In this document: piece by piece, positions 44,362 to 54,699 of the stretch
Layout: each line of letters opens with the position of its first letter
How positions within the stretch are numbered: the first letter of the stretch is position 1
Virus record (IMG/VR): IMGVR_UViG_3300027777_000022
Strand: one strand, 5' to 3'
From: a virus
Lineage: Duplodnaviria; Heunggongvirae; Uroviricota; Caudoviricetes
DNA: 64,000 nucleotides
Translations under genes and position numbers: made by a program
The notes under the pieces: model-generated
Seen by the model: only the letters and a program-made list of their open reading frames with translations
What the model was told of the DNA's origin: nothing
The model's database searches: none

Positions 44362-44829
44362 TTAATCCTCTTTTACTTCTATCCAAGTATAGTCGCCCAA
44401 CCACTTGACTTGTGCAATGTATTCGTAATGTTCGGGCGCACTACTGTTCCAATCATTGGGGCCTGATCTAACCAAGATGGTTTTCTTTTTGTTGGTGTCA
44501 AACACCAACCAATAATTCTGTCCATGATATGTTTGAAACTGGTATTCAGCAGCATGTACTGCATCTGTTATCTCCAGTCGGCGTTTGATATCTTGTGCCT
44601 GCGCCTCTAGTACCTTGACTAAATCCATGATGCGATTGTATTCCTGTTGAGAATGCATTCTGGCAACATTGATCATGATGTCCTTTTGTTTTTCAACAGG
44701 CACAAGATCAAACTTTGGACCCAGCGTGGATGTGGCGTACGGTGTTACATTTCTGTTGAGGAAATGCACCAGCGTACCAGTTGACTCACTGTCAAAACTG
44801 CTCACACCATTGGCTGAATTTTTAGTCAT
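44362..44829 (-). CDS. hypothetical protein (155 aa)
   Basis: ORF. Confidence 0.45.
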   Translation of the reverse strand: MTKNSANGVSSFDSESTGTLVHFLNRNVTPYATSTLGPKFDLVPVEKQKDIMINVARMHSQQEYNRIMDLVKVLEAQAQDIKRRLEITDAVHAAEYQFQTYHGQNYWLVFDTNKKKTILVRSGPNDWNSSAPEHYEYIAQVKWLGDYTWIEVKED

Positions 44830-44835
44830 GAGTGC

Positions 44836-45957
44836 TTAGAACAAGTCAACTTTTTCCCACGGCAAATGGGCTTTACCAAAATGTCCGTAGTTTGTGGTAT
44901 CGCTGTAGATTGGGCGGAACAACTCAAAGCGATCAATAATTCCTTTGGGAGTGAGATCTACCATGTTTGGAATACTCAAAGTCAGATGCCTTGCCAGAGC
45001 TCGATCCTCACATTCCACATAGAAACTCATGGGTTGTGATAGTCCGATTGCATAACTGATTTGCACAGTGGCCCACTTGGCTTGACCACTGGCCACAATG
45101 TTCTTGGCAAGATATCGCATCATGTATGCAGCACTACGATCAACTTTGGTTGGATCCTTGCCTGAAAAAGCACCGCCTCCGTGTGGACTGTATCCACCAT
45201 ATGTGTCCACAATAATCTTGCGCCCAGTTAGGCCAGTGTCACCGTCGGGGCCACCAATCACAAAACGTCCGGTTGGGTTGATATGGAATTCTGTATGCTC
45301 ATCCACATACTGTGCAGGCAAAATATCACGAATAAGAGTTTCCACATTGGCTCGTAATGCATCAGTGGTAATACAGTCACGATGTTGAGTAGAGCACACC
45401 ACCTTGGAGATTCTTACAGGAACACCATCGTTGTCGTACTCAAATGTGACCTGACTCTTGGCATCCGGGCCTAACCAATCAAGTTCTGACTGCTTGCGAC
45501 GATACGACAACATCTCTACAATTTTGTGACTCCAGTAGATGGCACTGGGCATGAACGTATCAGTTTCGTTGCAGGCATATCCAAACATTAGACCTTGATC
45601 ACCTGCACCAAACGTGTCAGTACCTAGTGCGATATCTGCTGATTGTCCATGCAGTAGATTGGTAATCTCAACTGTGCGCCAGTCAAATCCTGATTGTTCG
45701 TAACCAATATTTTTAATTGTTTTACGAATTGTTGAATCAACTTCTTCATCATGCAGCACACCCTTGTACTCGCCTGCAACTACCACACGATTGGTAGTGA
45801 CTAGAGTTTCGCATGCACATCGTAACGCAGTATCTTGCGTGGACATAACCAAGTCCAACACAGCATCACTGATAGCATCTGCTACCTTATCTGGGTGCCC
45901 TTCAGACACGCTTTCGCTTGTAAATAAATAACTCATTTTTTCCTTTTTAAATTCCAA
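44836..45957 (-). CDS. metK: S-adenosylmethionine synthetase
   Basis: FTSESVSEGHPDKVADAISDAVLD, GDQGLMFGYA, FINPTGRFVIGGP, GRKIIVDTYGG and HGGGAFSGKDP all match MetK. Confidence 0.93.
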   Translation of the reverse strand: MEFKKEKMSYLFTSESVSEGHPDKVADAISDAVLDLVMSTQDTALRCACETLVTTNRVVVAGEYKGVLHDEEVDSTIRKTIKNIGYEQSGFDWRTVEITNLLHGQSADIALGTDTFGAGDQGLMFGYACNETDTFMPSAIYWSHKIVEMLSYRRKQSELDWLGPDAKSQVTFEYDNDGVPVRISKVVCSTQHRDCITTDALRANVETLIRDILPAQYVDEHTEFHINPTGRFVIGGPDGDTGLTGRKIIVDTYGGYSPHGGGAFSGKDPTKVDRSAAYMMRYLAKNIVASGQAKWATVQISYAIGLSQPMSFYVECEDRALARHLTLSIPNMVDLTPKGIIDRFELFRPIYSDTTNYGHFGKAHLPWEKVDLF

Positions 45958-46208
45958 ATCAAAAACTCATGTTTATCAACCCAATAAGTTTTTATCACCT
46001 GATCTCCTGGCCCATAAATGTACTGATCTGCAACATATGCACGTTTACCCCATAATGGTTTTCCGCTTAAGAAACATTTTTGTGGGAGCCAACATAATTT
46101 TAATTCCCACCCCCGGGCTCTATTCAATCCCCAGTCTTGATATTCTTGGGTTTGTTGTTCACGTGCCCAATCTTGCTTAACCCATTCGTGTTGTGTCATG
46201 TGCCCCAC
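45933..46208 (-). CDS. hypothetical protein (91 aa)
   Basis: ORF between queE and metK. Confidence 0.35.
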   Translation of the reverse strand: MGHMTQHEWVKQDWAREQQTQEYQDWGLNRARGWELKLCWLPQKCFLSGKPLWGKRAYVADQYIYGPGDQVIKTYWVDKHEFLIWNLKRKK

Positions 46209-47059
46209 TCGTTCTTGAACAACGGAACCTGTAGTCGATCACTGTAGCGCCAGCCTTGATTCATGGCCATAATAGCCACAGCCTTGTTGTTCAACGAGTA
46301 AACACTTTCCACTCCGCCAATGGGCATCAAGTACACATGGCCCTTGAATCCAGCTGCACGATACTCTGCTACTGCACGTTGAGCGTCTGCAAAATCTTCT
46401 TGGGTAGCGATTACCAGCTTCAAGTATGTGTGGCCAACATCTTGGTATTGACACACGATCTCTGGACGTATGGCATCCTCCCACTTTTCACCTGAGCAAG
46501 GCAATTTAGCACTCACACTAAATGTCAATGCTTCGCGCCCACGTGACTTGTTACCTAGGGACCAGTTCAGCAGGTACTGCCTAAACTCCGTACTGAGTTC
46601 TTGGGTACCATTGGTCTCAAATGTGATCTCTCTAACACCTGCCATCTTGGGATCATCCAACAAGCTGGGATAAGCACGTTGCCAACCCAGCAATGGTTCA
46701 CCACCTGTGATCACAAGATGTTCATCGCGCCATTCTTTAAACGGCAGCATGGCCGCAATATCCTCTGCCAGTTCAGCATTTTTACGCATGGGACTTAGAT
46801 TTTTGAAATCAGGATGCCAGCTGGCGTAGCTGTCACATCCTGTACTAACCAATGGCAGTTCTTCGTATTTTGTAAATGGATGCATGGCATTCATAACTGC
46901 CACTTCATCTGCTTCTTTGCTGAGTTCACCACGCGGCATGCCAAAGCCTGCGCATTTGAAGTTGCATCCAAACACACGCAAGAACACGCTGGGTACCCCC
47001 ATATAACGTCCTTCACCTTGGATACTGTAAAACAGTTCCGCTACTTTAAGTTTACTCAT
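46196..47059 (-). CDS. queE: 7-carboxy-7-deazaguanine synthase (QueE)-like radical SAM enzyme
   Basis: AELFYSIQGEGRYMGVPSVFLRVFGCNFKC plus ITGGEP. Start set to MSKLKV to remove an 88-nt overlap with the upstream gene. Confidence 0.7.
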   Translation of the reverse strand: MSKLKVAELFYSIQGEGRYMGVPSVFLRVFGCNFKCAGFGMPRGELSKEADEVAVMNAMHPFTKYEELPLVSTGCDSYASWHPDFKNLSPMRKNAELAEDIAAMLPFKEWRDEHLVITGGEPLLGWQRAYPSLLDDPKMAGVREITFETNGTQELSTEFRQYLLNWSLGNKSRGREALTFSVSAKLPCSGEKWEDAIRPEIVCQYQDVGHTYLKLVIATQEDFADAQRAVAEYRAAGFKGHVYLMPIGGVESVYSLNNKAVAIMAMNQGWRYSDRLQVPLFKNEWGT

Positions 47060-47847
47060 ATTTTTTGTGCTTTGATTAACAGATGCCAACCTAGGTATTC
47101 TTTCACTGCTGCTCGCATGTCTTCGGGCATGGCAGCAAACCAAGGCTCCAATTCGTACTCGCCTTGCCGGTACTTAGATACATTATACATGAAATTATGA
47201 TCTTGCCTAATTCTTAGCACTCGAAACTTTGCCTCCAATAGATCATAAATTTCTTCTTTGCTGTAGGCTTTGGCATAGGGACAATCTGATTGTGCTTCAA
47301 ATTGATCTAGTCCTTTTTGGATCATGGCATATTTCCAAGAGTTCTTTGCATATACCAACATGCGGAATTCTCCGTCGGGCACCAGGGCAGCATGAATATT
47401 ATTCAAGCATGCAGTCATGTCTGGATAGTGATGCAGTACCCCGCAACTGTACACTAGATCAAATTTGCCCAGGCTGGACACTGCTGCACTATCTGCACCA
47501 TCCATCACATGAAACTCTCCAGTTAGTCCAAACAAGTCAAATCTTTGTTGACTCATAGCTACAGATTCTGCTGAAAGATCAATTCCCACATAGTCTGCAC
47601 CATGTCGGGCAAATTCCACAGCATCGGATCCAATACCAGATCCTATTTCCAACACACGTTTGCCGCGCCACAAGTGAAAACTAGCAAAATCACGTAGATG
47701 AGGTTCTACAAAGAATCTACGTTCGGTGACTTCATTCCAATATTGTTCTGTGCCCGGATCGCTCAGACTGTGTTTGACATTACAAGGTTGTACATTCCAG
47801 TAATGTTTGATTCGATCTATAAGTTCAGTGGTCAAGTGTAGTGGCAC
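47056..47847 (-). CDS. class I SAM-dependent methyltransferase
   Basis: VLEIGSGIGSDAVEFARHGADYVGIDLS (motif I, GxGxG). Confidence 0.7.
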   Translation of the reverse strand: MPLHLTTELIDRIKHYWNVQPCNVKHSLSDPGTEQYWNEVTERRFFVEPHLRDFASFHLWRGKRVLEIGSGIGSDAVEFARHGADYVGIDLSAESVAMSQQRFDLFGLTGEFHVMDGADSAAVSSLGKFDLVYSCGVLHHYPDMTACLNNIHAALVPDGEFRMLVYAKNSWKYAMIQKGLDQFEAQSDCPYAKAYSKEEIYDLLEAKFRVLRIRQDHNFMYNVSKYRQGEYELEPWFAAMPEDMRAAVKEYLGWHLLIKAQKI

Positions 47848-48667
47848 TCCAGGATTTCATTAGACCTTTGGTGTCTAGTTTCAACATCTTATGCCAGATG
47901 TCAATTTTGTTTTCTATTCCCAATTTAAAATGTTCAAGATCGTAGCCCAATTCTGCTAGATAGTTGGCAATTTTTATTGCTTCTTGCATGCGGCGGGTAC
48001 GCCATGTATGATAATTAAAATCTCTAGGATGATTAGGATTACCTTCCAGCATGGGACGATTCTTAAACACATCGTCACCATTCTTACCTGTGAGATCAAA
48101 ACGTTCATGTTCAATCATTACAGGTATGGTAATCACAATATCCAGCATCCAGCCAATCTGACTGGCCCATGCATCGTTGATCTGATGTGGCGATATGTTA
48201 CCTGTAAGCTCTACCCATTTGCGTGGCAAGATAGGAAAGATAGCATACGGATGGCCATGATTGGTTTCGGCTCGTAACAATGCAAATCGATCATTGTGCT
48301 CGCGTATGACATCGTCCCAGCCCTGAGTGGTCATCACAGCATCATCGTTCCAAAAGAAAATCCACTTTCCGGTGCTGTGATTGGCCAGCTCATTCAGGTA
48401 TTCATTCAGTCGAAGATACCCTAATCTTTTGAATTGCATGGCACTATAGGTCACACCCTTTGCATCAAGATATGGAGCAATCACATCCACAAAGTATTTT
48501 ATAGTATCTGTGTCATCATCATCAAATGCTATCAATACTTCAATGCGTTCGGGGCAAGTGGCAGTACCAATCAGAGTGTGCAAGCATTGCTCCATTGGGA
48601 TTGGTCTTGCACGTACTGGTAATAGTACACTGATATCTATGTTGGGATTTTGTGCAGGCAAACTCAT
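47825..48667 (-). CDS. GT-A fold (family 2-like) glycosyltransferase, paralog A
   Basis: ISVLLPVRAR N-terminus and WIFFWNDDAVM (DxD); shares FFWNDDAVM and HPY-IFPI-P-W blocks with 50586..51416. Confidence 0.5.
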   Translation of the reverse strand: MSLPAQNPNIDISVLLPVRARPIPMEQCLHTLIGTATCPERIEVLIAFDDDDTDTIKYFVDVIAPYLDAKGVTYSAMQFKRLGYLRLNEYLNELANHSTGKWIFFWNDDAVMTTQGWDDVIREHNDRFALLRAETNHGHPYAIFPILPRKWVELTGNISPHQINDAWASQIGWMLDIVITIPVMIEHERFDLTGKNGDDVFKNRPMLEGNPNHPRDFNYHTWRTRRMQEAIKIANYLAELGYDLEHFKLGIENKIDIWHKMLKLDTKGLMKSWSATTLDH

Positions 48668-50589
48668 TGTGTTATACGGGTAATATTAGTTTTTCCAAAG
48701 TTGCGCTTTCTACTAAAGTACATGTTTTCTAAAAAACGGTCTTCGCTCATTTCGGAATCTTCAACAGTATCAAATTGGTAAACTGTGGCGGTTTTTAGCG
48801 TGGCATTGTCTTGTATGTAACCAAGGAAGTCATATTCAAATGTCTGTGTGATTGGCAACGATTTTAAATCTCTATAGTCAATTACATAATTTCTTTGAAA
48901 CTGTAGCAATTGATGTTTCACTTGCAAATCAATATTATAATGACTCTGCAAAAATTTGTCAAGCGAATCAAACACATAATTGATCATTTGATCTTTGACC
49001 ATGTACAGAGTGGTCCTGTGCATGAGGTTCCACCCGAACACTTCAATGTTACCAATACGAGGGTGGTCAATACGTCCTTTGGTCATCCAGTTTTGGAAAT
49101 AACTGCGTGTTTCTAAAAACTGTAATTTAAACCAAGGATCTTTTTGTACCCATGCATAGAGGTCTTCATAGAACTTGCTGTAATCAATGTTTTGGTGCTT
49201 GGCTAGATATCGTGCAATGTAGGTTGATAGACCGTTGATATGGAAAGTTTGTATAAAACTACTCCATACCAAGGTATCCAACATGGTCTCTCGTGGTATG
49301 GTCTTTGTGCTTACTACCACATCAATGCTTTCGTTGAGATCCACATCACCGTAACTGCCGCTCATGTAATCGTATACAGGTACACTTTCCAACTTGTACA
49401 GCTTCTTCTGCAAGAGATTCATCTCTGCATTTTCCAGCAATTGACATTGTAGAATGTTGATCCCGCCATGATTGCCTGCTCGGAAGATTTTCCAAAAGGC
49501 TTCTTTCCATGATTCTACTGTTTCCCCCGGTAAGCCTAGAATCAATTCTGTGTATACAGGAATATTGTTCCGGTCGCACAGTGCAAAGATTTCATCAATC
49601 TTGTGTTGATCAAGATTACGACGTTTGATATTCTCTAACACATCGTTGTCCATGCTTTGCACACTGACCGTGAGCCCTTGACCAAAGTTAGGTGACTCAT
49701 CAATCAGTTTCTTAACAATGCCCACAACTTCGTTCTTTTGATTCTTGGCCCAGGTCATGGAAAAACTTTCCAGTTTACCCCAACGCTTTTGCACTTCGAT
49801 CAGTTTGTCCACAATCATGTTGTCACGCTCTACAAACATACCAAAGTTGGCATCGGTAATGGTGACAAAGCCACAATGTTCACCAATCCAATCCAATTCA
49901 TCGTATACACGTTGCAGCTCAAACTTCTTGACTTTGTTGTATGTGAGACTGCCCCAGTCGCAGAATGTGCATTGATAAGGGCATCCGCGATTGGTTTCCA
50001 GTGTGGCATTCCATATTACTTCGGGGCTCTCAGACATGATACGATCAAATACGCCTGTGAGATATGGACTAGGCACTTCGTCTAGATTGTTGATACGTTT
50101 GGGATCTCCTGTGTCAACTAGTCCTGTGCCTGTATTGATCAAAAGTCCAGGAATGTGTGTGTAGTCAGTGCCGTAATCTTCAAGAATATGTCGAAACGTC
50201 ACTTCGCCCTCCATCTTGATCACCAAATCCATAAACGGTTCTTTTTCAAACAATTCAGGATCTTCAATAGCCGGTTCGGGCCCACCGAATATTATAGTAC
50301 ATTTGGGGTTGAGCGTCTTTACTAACTTTGCTAGTTTATAATTGTAGCGATGATTCCATACGTAAGTTGAAAATGCTACCACGTTACTGGTGCTTAGTTT
50401 CAGCGCCTGTTCTTCAATGGGTTCCCTGCGCCATACCAAGTGATCTACTTCCCATTCTGCATTGACTTTTTTTGAAGCCAGTGCATAACTCAGTATAACT
50501 CCTGCAGAATACGGCAAGTAGTAGGCATTGAATTCTTTAGGACCTTGTTGAAAGTTAGGTTGTACAAAGCTGATTTTCTTTTTTGTCAT
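48664..50589 (-). CDS. B12-binding domain / radical SAM protein (641 aa)
   Basis: NRGCPYQCTFCDW (CxxxCxxC) with an N-terminal B12-binding-like region. Confidence 0.7.
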   Translation of the reverse strand: MTKKKISFVQPNFQQGPKEFNAYYLPYSAGVILSYALASKKVNAEWEVDHLVWRREPIEEQALKLSTSNVVAFSTYVWNHRYNYKLAKLVKTLNPKCTIIFGGPEPAIEDPELFEKEPFMDLVIKMEGEVTFRHILEDYGTDYTHIPGLLINTGTGLVDTGDPKRINNLDEVPSPYLTGVFDRIMSESPEVIWNATLETNRGCPYQCTFCDWGSLTYNKVKKFELQRVYDELDWIGEHCGFVTITDANFGMFVERDNMIVDKLIEVQKRWGKLESFSMTWAKNQKNEVVGIVKKLIDESPNFGQGLTVSVQSMDNDVLENIKRRNLDQHKIDEIFALCDRNNIPVYTELILGLPGETVESWKEAFWKIFRAGNHGGINILQCQLLENAEMNLLQKKLYKLESVPVYDYMSGSYGDVDLNESIDVVVSTKTIPRETMLDTLVWSSFIQTFHINGLSTYIARYLAKHQNIDYSKFYEDLYAWVQKDPWFKLQFLETRSYFQNWMTKGRIDHPRIGNIEVFGWNLMHRTTLYMVKDQMINYVFDSLDKFLQSHYNIDLQVKHQLLQFQRNYVIDYRDLKSLPITQTFEYDFLGYIQDNATLKTATVYQFDTVEDSEMSEDRFLENMYFSRKRNFGKTNITRITQ

Positions 50590-51416
50590 CCAGTATTTAC
50601 TCGTCTAGCTGTGGCATCAACTTGATTATTGGTGTCGTTGGCCCGCATCTTCTCCCACGGATCCTGCTGCCCTTGCCATGCATTAACAAAAAATGTTAAG
50701 TCAAGCCCTTGATCCTGCATCCATGTGGCCAGTTTAGCAGTATCATTGGTACGTATTTTGACCATGTCAGGATGATTTAGATCTCCTGGTTGACTGGGAT
50801 CACCTTCCATGATACAACGCTGCTGATAGGTTGCGTCGTTGTTTGCACCAGTGATGTCATATCGATTGTGATCACAATGCACATCAATGCGTTCAAAGAT
50901 ATCTAGGTAGTATGCAATCTGACTCACATACGCATCATTGCTACTGTGTTGACTGATATGCCCTAGTATTTCAAACCATTGGCGCGGCACGATGGGAAAG
51001 ATACTGTACGGATGATCATTGTGTGTATGCACACTCAGCAGTTTGAATTCACCTATGCGCTTGCGTATACATGCATCCCACCCAGGAGTTTTCATCACAG
51101 CATCATCGTTCCAGAAGAACAACCAGGAGCCTTGACTGTGTTCGGCTAGTCCATTTACATATTGGTGCAAGTTGTTGTAACCCAGTGGCTCAAACACCAC
51201 GATCTTGTGATTGACTTTGTTTTGTTCAATCCACGGGCATACGTTGTTCAGCATGTTCTCCATGCCTACCACGTCATCGTTATCTACACCAAACAATACT
51301 TCAATTGAAGCAAAATCCTCAGCCAGGGTGCAGAGACTTTGTATACTGCTCATTAGTGCCTCTGCCCGCCCGCGAGTAGGTAGCAATATACTGATATCAA
51401 TTTTGCTATTCATCAC
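50586..51416 (-). CDS. GT-A fold (family 2-like) glycosyltransferase, paralog B
   Basis: ISILLPTRGR and LFFWNDDAVM; paralog of 47825..48667. Confidence 0.5.
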   Translation of the reverse strand: MMNSKIDISILLPTRGRAEALMSSIQSLCTLAEDFASIEVLFGVDNDDVVGMENMLNNVCPWIEQNKVNHKIVVFEPLGYNNLHQYVNGLAEHSQGSWLFFWNDDAVMKTPGWDACIRKRIGEFKLLSVHTHNDHPYSIFPIVPRQWFEILGHISQHSSNDAYVSQIAYYLDIFERIDVHCDHNRYDITGANNDATYQQRCIMEGDPSQPGDLNHPDMVKIRTNDTAKLATWMQDQGLDLTFFVNAWQGQQDPWEKMRANDTNNQVDATARRVNTG

Positions 51417-51892
51417 TCAAACTCATTATCCTCACGATGACCTTGACGGCCTGCCATGTTTGAATCTGTTTCACGAACTTCTACTCTGGTACACCACACA
51501 CGTCGGGCTTCTTCCGCACCGCAGTTGGGCAAGAAGATTGTGTTAACATATTCGTACAAAAAGTCAGCAATGCCTTCACATCCGGTCTTTTCTACTTCTG
51601 TTATCTTGGCCAATTTGAGTCTGCCAAGTTCCAACAAGTGTTCACGCATGGGATCATCCTGTGCTACTAAAAAAGTGTGATCAAACCAATCTTCTAACAG
51701 GCCCTTGAGTGGTTTTAATCCACCAAAGTCTGTAACCCAATTACGGGCATCTAATGTATCTGCTTCAAATTCAAAGTGAAAACTCATTGCGTAACCGTGT
51801 ATGAGATTGCAGTGACTGTCAGCTCGCCATTGACGATACGCTACAGGCCCAATTTGCTTGTAGGTTTTTGTTGAAAAATATTTCTTTGCCAT
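51413..51892 (-). CDS. queD: 6-carboxy-5,6,7,8-tetrahydropterin synthase (QueD/PTPS family)
   Basis: SHCNLIHGYAMSFHFE parallels QueD HKCGRLHGHSFMVRLE; also NWVTDFGGLK and FDHTFLVAQDD. Confidence 0.75.
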   Translation of the reverse strand: MAKKYFSTKTYKQIGPVAYRQWRADSHCNLIHGYAMSFHFEFEADTLDARNWVTDFGGLKPLKGLLEDWFDHTFLVAQDDPMREHLLELGRLKLAKITEVEKTGCEGIADFLYEYVNTIFLPNCGAEEARRVWCTRVEVRETDSNMAGRQGHREDNEFE

Positions 51893-51971
51893 GATTTTCT
51901 CCTATGTTAGATTATAGCATAGGCGGCGGAGTTTGTATAGCGGGACGATGCCGATAGGCCGCTGTGAATAT

Positions 51972-52376
51972 TTATTCCGGTAATTGATAGCCAGTGGCTT
52001 TGTAGTCAGCTTGGCCAAATACAACTCCTCGCACACCGCCCACAGGATTAGCAGTGTCGCCCATGCGACGTGGGATAAAATGCACATGCGGATACATCAC
52101 TGTTTGCCCGGCAGTAGGGCCCATATTGATACCAATGTTGAATCCTTCACAGTGCCCTTGTTCCACCATGCGACGACCATGCAGCATGGCTGATTCCATA
52201 CAGTCAATGATCACAGCATCGGTATTGTAGTTGGGCACAAACAACAAATGACCACGTGTGACAGGATACCGATCTTCAAACACAGTGATGTGAAAATCAC
52301 TCAGCTCTTGTACCAGTTGATCCCACGGCGCCACACCAGCGGCTTGTGCATCGTCAAGTGTTTTGTAATCTATCAT
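51972..52376 (-). CDS. HIT-family hydrolase-like protein
   Basis: GQTVMYPHVHFIPRR resembles the HIT histidine-triad segment, with one His position substituted. Confidence 0.45.
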   Translation of the reverse strand: MIDYKTLDDAQAAGVAPWDQLVQELSDFHITVFEDRYPVTRGHLLFVPNYNTDAVIIDCMESAMLHGRRMVEQGHCEGFNIGINMGPTAGQTVMYPHVHFIPRRMGDTANPVGGVRGVVFGQADYKATGYQLPE

Positions 52377-53164
52377 CGTGGTGCAAATTCTTGTTGTAGT
52401 TTGATATTGTCAAAGAACTCTTTCTTGGTTCCTGAATCGTCTTTAAATGCACCTTTGAGTACAGTGGTCTGTGTGAGACTTGAATGTGCCATGATACCTC
52501 GATTGGTGCAGCAACCATGTTCGGCTTGTATATAAACTGCTACATTGTCACTGTCAGTAACCTTCATGATCTCTCTTGCAATATCGTTGCACAGTTCCTC
52601 CTGTAGCGTACCGCGGCGGGCACACCATTGAGCAATACGAGTATACTTAGACAGGCCAATAAGTTTGTTAGCAGCCAAAATACCAATATAAGCAACACCG
52701 CTGACAGGTTGATGATGGTGCGAACACATTGAACGTAGCTCGCTACGGATCACAAGCATGCCTTCGTAACGATCGTCTGAATCATTTGGAAAAGCTGTTG
52801 CGTCTGGTGCTGGTTCATATCTGCCTTGCATGATTTCGTTGTAGTACATCTTGGCCAGGCGTCGTGCTGTGCCTTTAGAGTTGGGATCTGTTTCGCGATC
52901 AATTAGTAGTGCATCTAGAACTTTTTCAAATGCTGCTGTGGCTTCATCAATCAAATCTTCTTTATCAGGGCCAACCAGATAGTCACTGATGTTGTCACCG
53001 GCCCAGAATCTTTTGCCATCAGCTCGCATACGATCACGTATTACTGTGCTTAGATATTGACCTTGTGCTGCATCTTCTTTTTTGATATACAACGTTTGTC
53101 CTTCCAGTGGAACAAATTCTTCAGTGTGTGGATGTATCACCGGATCCGGTTTAAATTCTCGCAT
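52373..53164 (-). CDS. folE: GTP cyclohydrolase I
   Basis: LRSMCSHHHQPV (C-E/S-H-H), LIGLSKYTRIAQ and NVAVYIQAEHGCCTNRG align with FolE. Confidence 0.88.
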   Translation of the reverse strand: MREFKPDPVIHPHTEEFVPLEGQTLYIKKEDAAQGQYLSTVIRDRMRADGKRFWAGDNISDYLVGPDKEDLIDEATAAFEKVLDALLIDRETDPNSKGTARRLAKMYYNEIMQGRYEPAPDATAFPNDSDDRYEGMLVIRSELRSMCSHHHQPVSGVAYIGILAANKLIGLSKYTRIAQWCARRGTLQEELCNDIAREIMKVTDSDNVAVYIQAEHGCCTNRGIMAHSSLTQTTVLKGAFKDDSGTKKEFFDNIKLQQEFAPR

Positions 53165-53165
53165 G

Positions 53166-53777
53166 TTATTCCTTAATGGTTATGTTTCGCAAATCTGGAT
53201 ACTGTACAAACTTGGGTGATTCTGGAGCTGTCGCGTACTGTACCAACAACTCTAGTCCACGTTCAGCATCTTCAATTGAGGGCTTGTAGTGATATCCCAA
53301 CTGGAATGTTTTTTGTGTTTCCCAGGGTGAGATATTTAGGTCGCGACCATCATATCGTTGTTTTATCATCACTTCGTAGGCTTGCTTGTTATCTAACAGT
53401 ATAGCACCACCGTGACCTATTTGTAAAGGCTTTGTGTGTCCAAAACTCAAGCACTGCATCTGTCCTGTACGATACATGTCAGGTTCTAATCTTCTAGCAC
53501 TATCCCAAATTCTGGTGTATATGAAATTGTATTCACCAGTCCATGTTTGTTCAGTATCATCCAGATACACATAGTCAATGCCTAACTTGTGCATGGTCAT
53601 GGGTACACTTAGATAAGTGTAAGGGGTCATCTTGAGACCCTTTACTCGCTCGTATCGCAAACACATTTCTATGGCATGTGTACAGCAATCAGTCATGATT
53701 GCAGCAGGAGCACCAGTAAACCGGGCCAATGCCCGTTCAAATTCAAGGATTTTTTCGAACATACCAGGCCCATGCAT
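53166..53777 (-). CDS. short DegT/DnrJ/EryC1-like (PLP aminotransferase-like) protein or fragment
   Basis: FEKILEFERALARFTGAPAAIMTDCCTHAIEMCL and KPLQIGHGGAIL resemble DegT-family N-terminal and Lys regions, but the protein is only 203 aa. Confidence 0.3.
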   Translation of the reverse strand: MHGPGMFEKILEFERALARFTGAPAAIMTDCCTHAIEMCLRYERVKGLKMTPYTYLSVPMTMHKLGIDYVYLDDTEQTWTGEYNFIYTRIWDSARRLEPDMYRTGQMQCLSFGHTKPLQIGHGGAILLDNKQAYEVMIKQRYDGRDLNISPWETQKTFQLGYHYKPSIEDAERGLELLVQYATAPESPKFVQYPDLRNITIKE

Positions 53778-54699
53778 GTTGAATCATATCGTCCAGAGTG
53801 TACTGACGCCAGTTGGGCATCAACTTACTAAACTTTTCTGCATTGGCAGTGAGCACAGCAGGATCACCAGTACGACGTTCTTCTACGCCAATATACGGCA
53901 TTTTGCCAACAACATCTCTTGCACGACTCATTACTTGCTTGACGCTGAATCCCCGATTAGATCCTAGATTGTAAACACCGGATGGCACAGCAGCATCCAA
54001 CGCACACACATGAGCATGAGCAATATCTTCCACATGTACATAATCACGCACACAACTTCCGTCTGGTGTGTCGTAATTGTCGCCGTATACTCTGAATTGC
54101 CCGTCATCCCTTGTGGCTTCCAAGATTCTAGCAATCACGTGTGTAGCACCGGGTTCCTGCCCATGTCGACCTAACCGGTCGGCTCCGCAGGCATTGAAGT
54201 AACGAAATGCCACATAGTCAAGACGATATGCATGATGATAGCTGGCTAACACTTGTTCGATCATGCGTTTGCTTTCACCATACGGGCTCATGGGCTCGCA
54301 TGGATCAACTTCTGAACATGGAAACAGACTTGTTCCTCCGTACACTGATGCACTTGAACTAAAGATAACTCTGGTCTTAGGCAAGGCATTACAAACCAAA
54401 TCCAACAAGTGGATGGTCTTGATCACATTGTTGTGATAGTAATCCGAAGGATATTTAACGCTGGGGCCTACCAAACTGGTTCCAGCACAATGAATAATAG
54501 CATTGGGTTGTAGCTGTATCAATTTTGTTTTGGCTTGATCGCTATCAAAGTCCGCCTGAACAAATCGACTAAACGCATCCGTCAAGAGAGGCGGGCAAGG
54601 CCTACGATCAATACCAATCACCCGGTGTCCGACATCAAACAAAGCCAATGCCACTTGGCCGCCGATGTATCCTGCTGCACCAGTTACTACCACATCCAT
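53743..54699 (-). CDS. NAD-dependent sugar epimerase/dehydratase (GalE-like)
   Basis: VVVTGAAGYIGGQV Rossmann motif and YGESK (YxxxK). Confidence 0.75.
   Translation of the reverse strand: MDVVVTGAAGYIGGQVALALFDVGHRVIGIDRRPCPPLLTDAFSRFVQADFDSDQAKTKLIQLQPNAIIHCAGTSLVGPSVKYPSDYYHNNVIKTIHLLDLVCNALPKTRVIFSSSASVYGGTSLFPCSEVDPCEPMSPYGESKRMIEQVLASYHHAYRLDYVAFRYFNACGADRLGRHGQEPGATHVIARILEATRDDGQFRVYGDNYDTPDGSCVRDYVHVEDIAHAHVCALDAAVPSGVYNLGSNRGFSVKQVMSRARDVVGKMPYIGVEERRTGDPAVLTANAEKFSKLMPNWRQYTLDDMIQHAWAWYVRKNP

Noticed and set aside
46239-47200. ORFs 46239..46484(-), 46256..46495(+), 46470..46673(+), 46601..46798(+) and 46814..47200(+) inside queE
   Set aside because: They are alternative-frame or antisense overlaps of a gene with clear QueE motifs.
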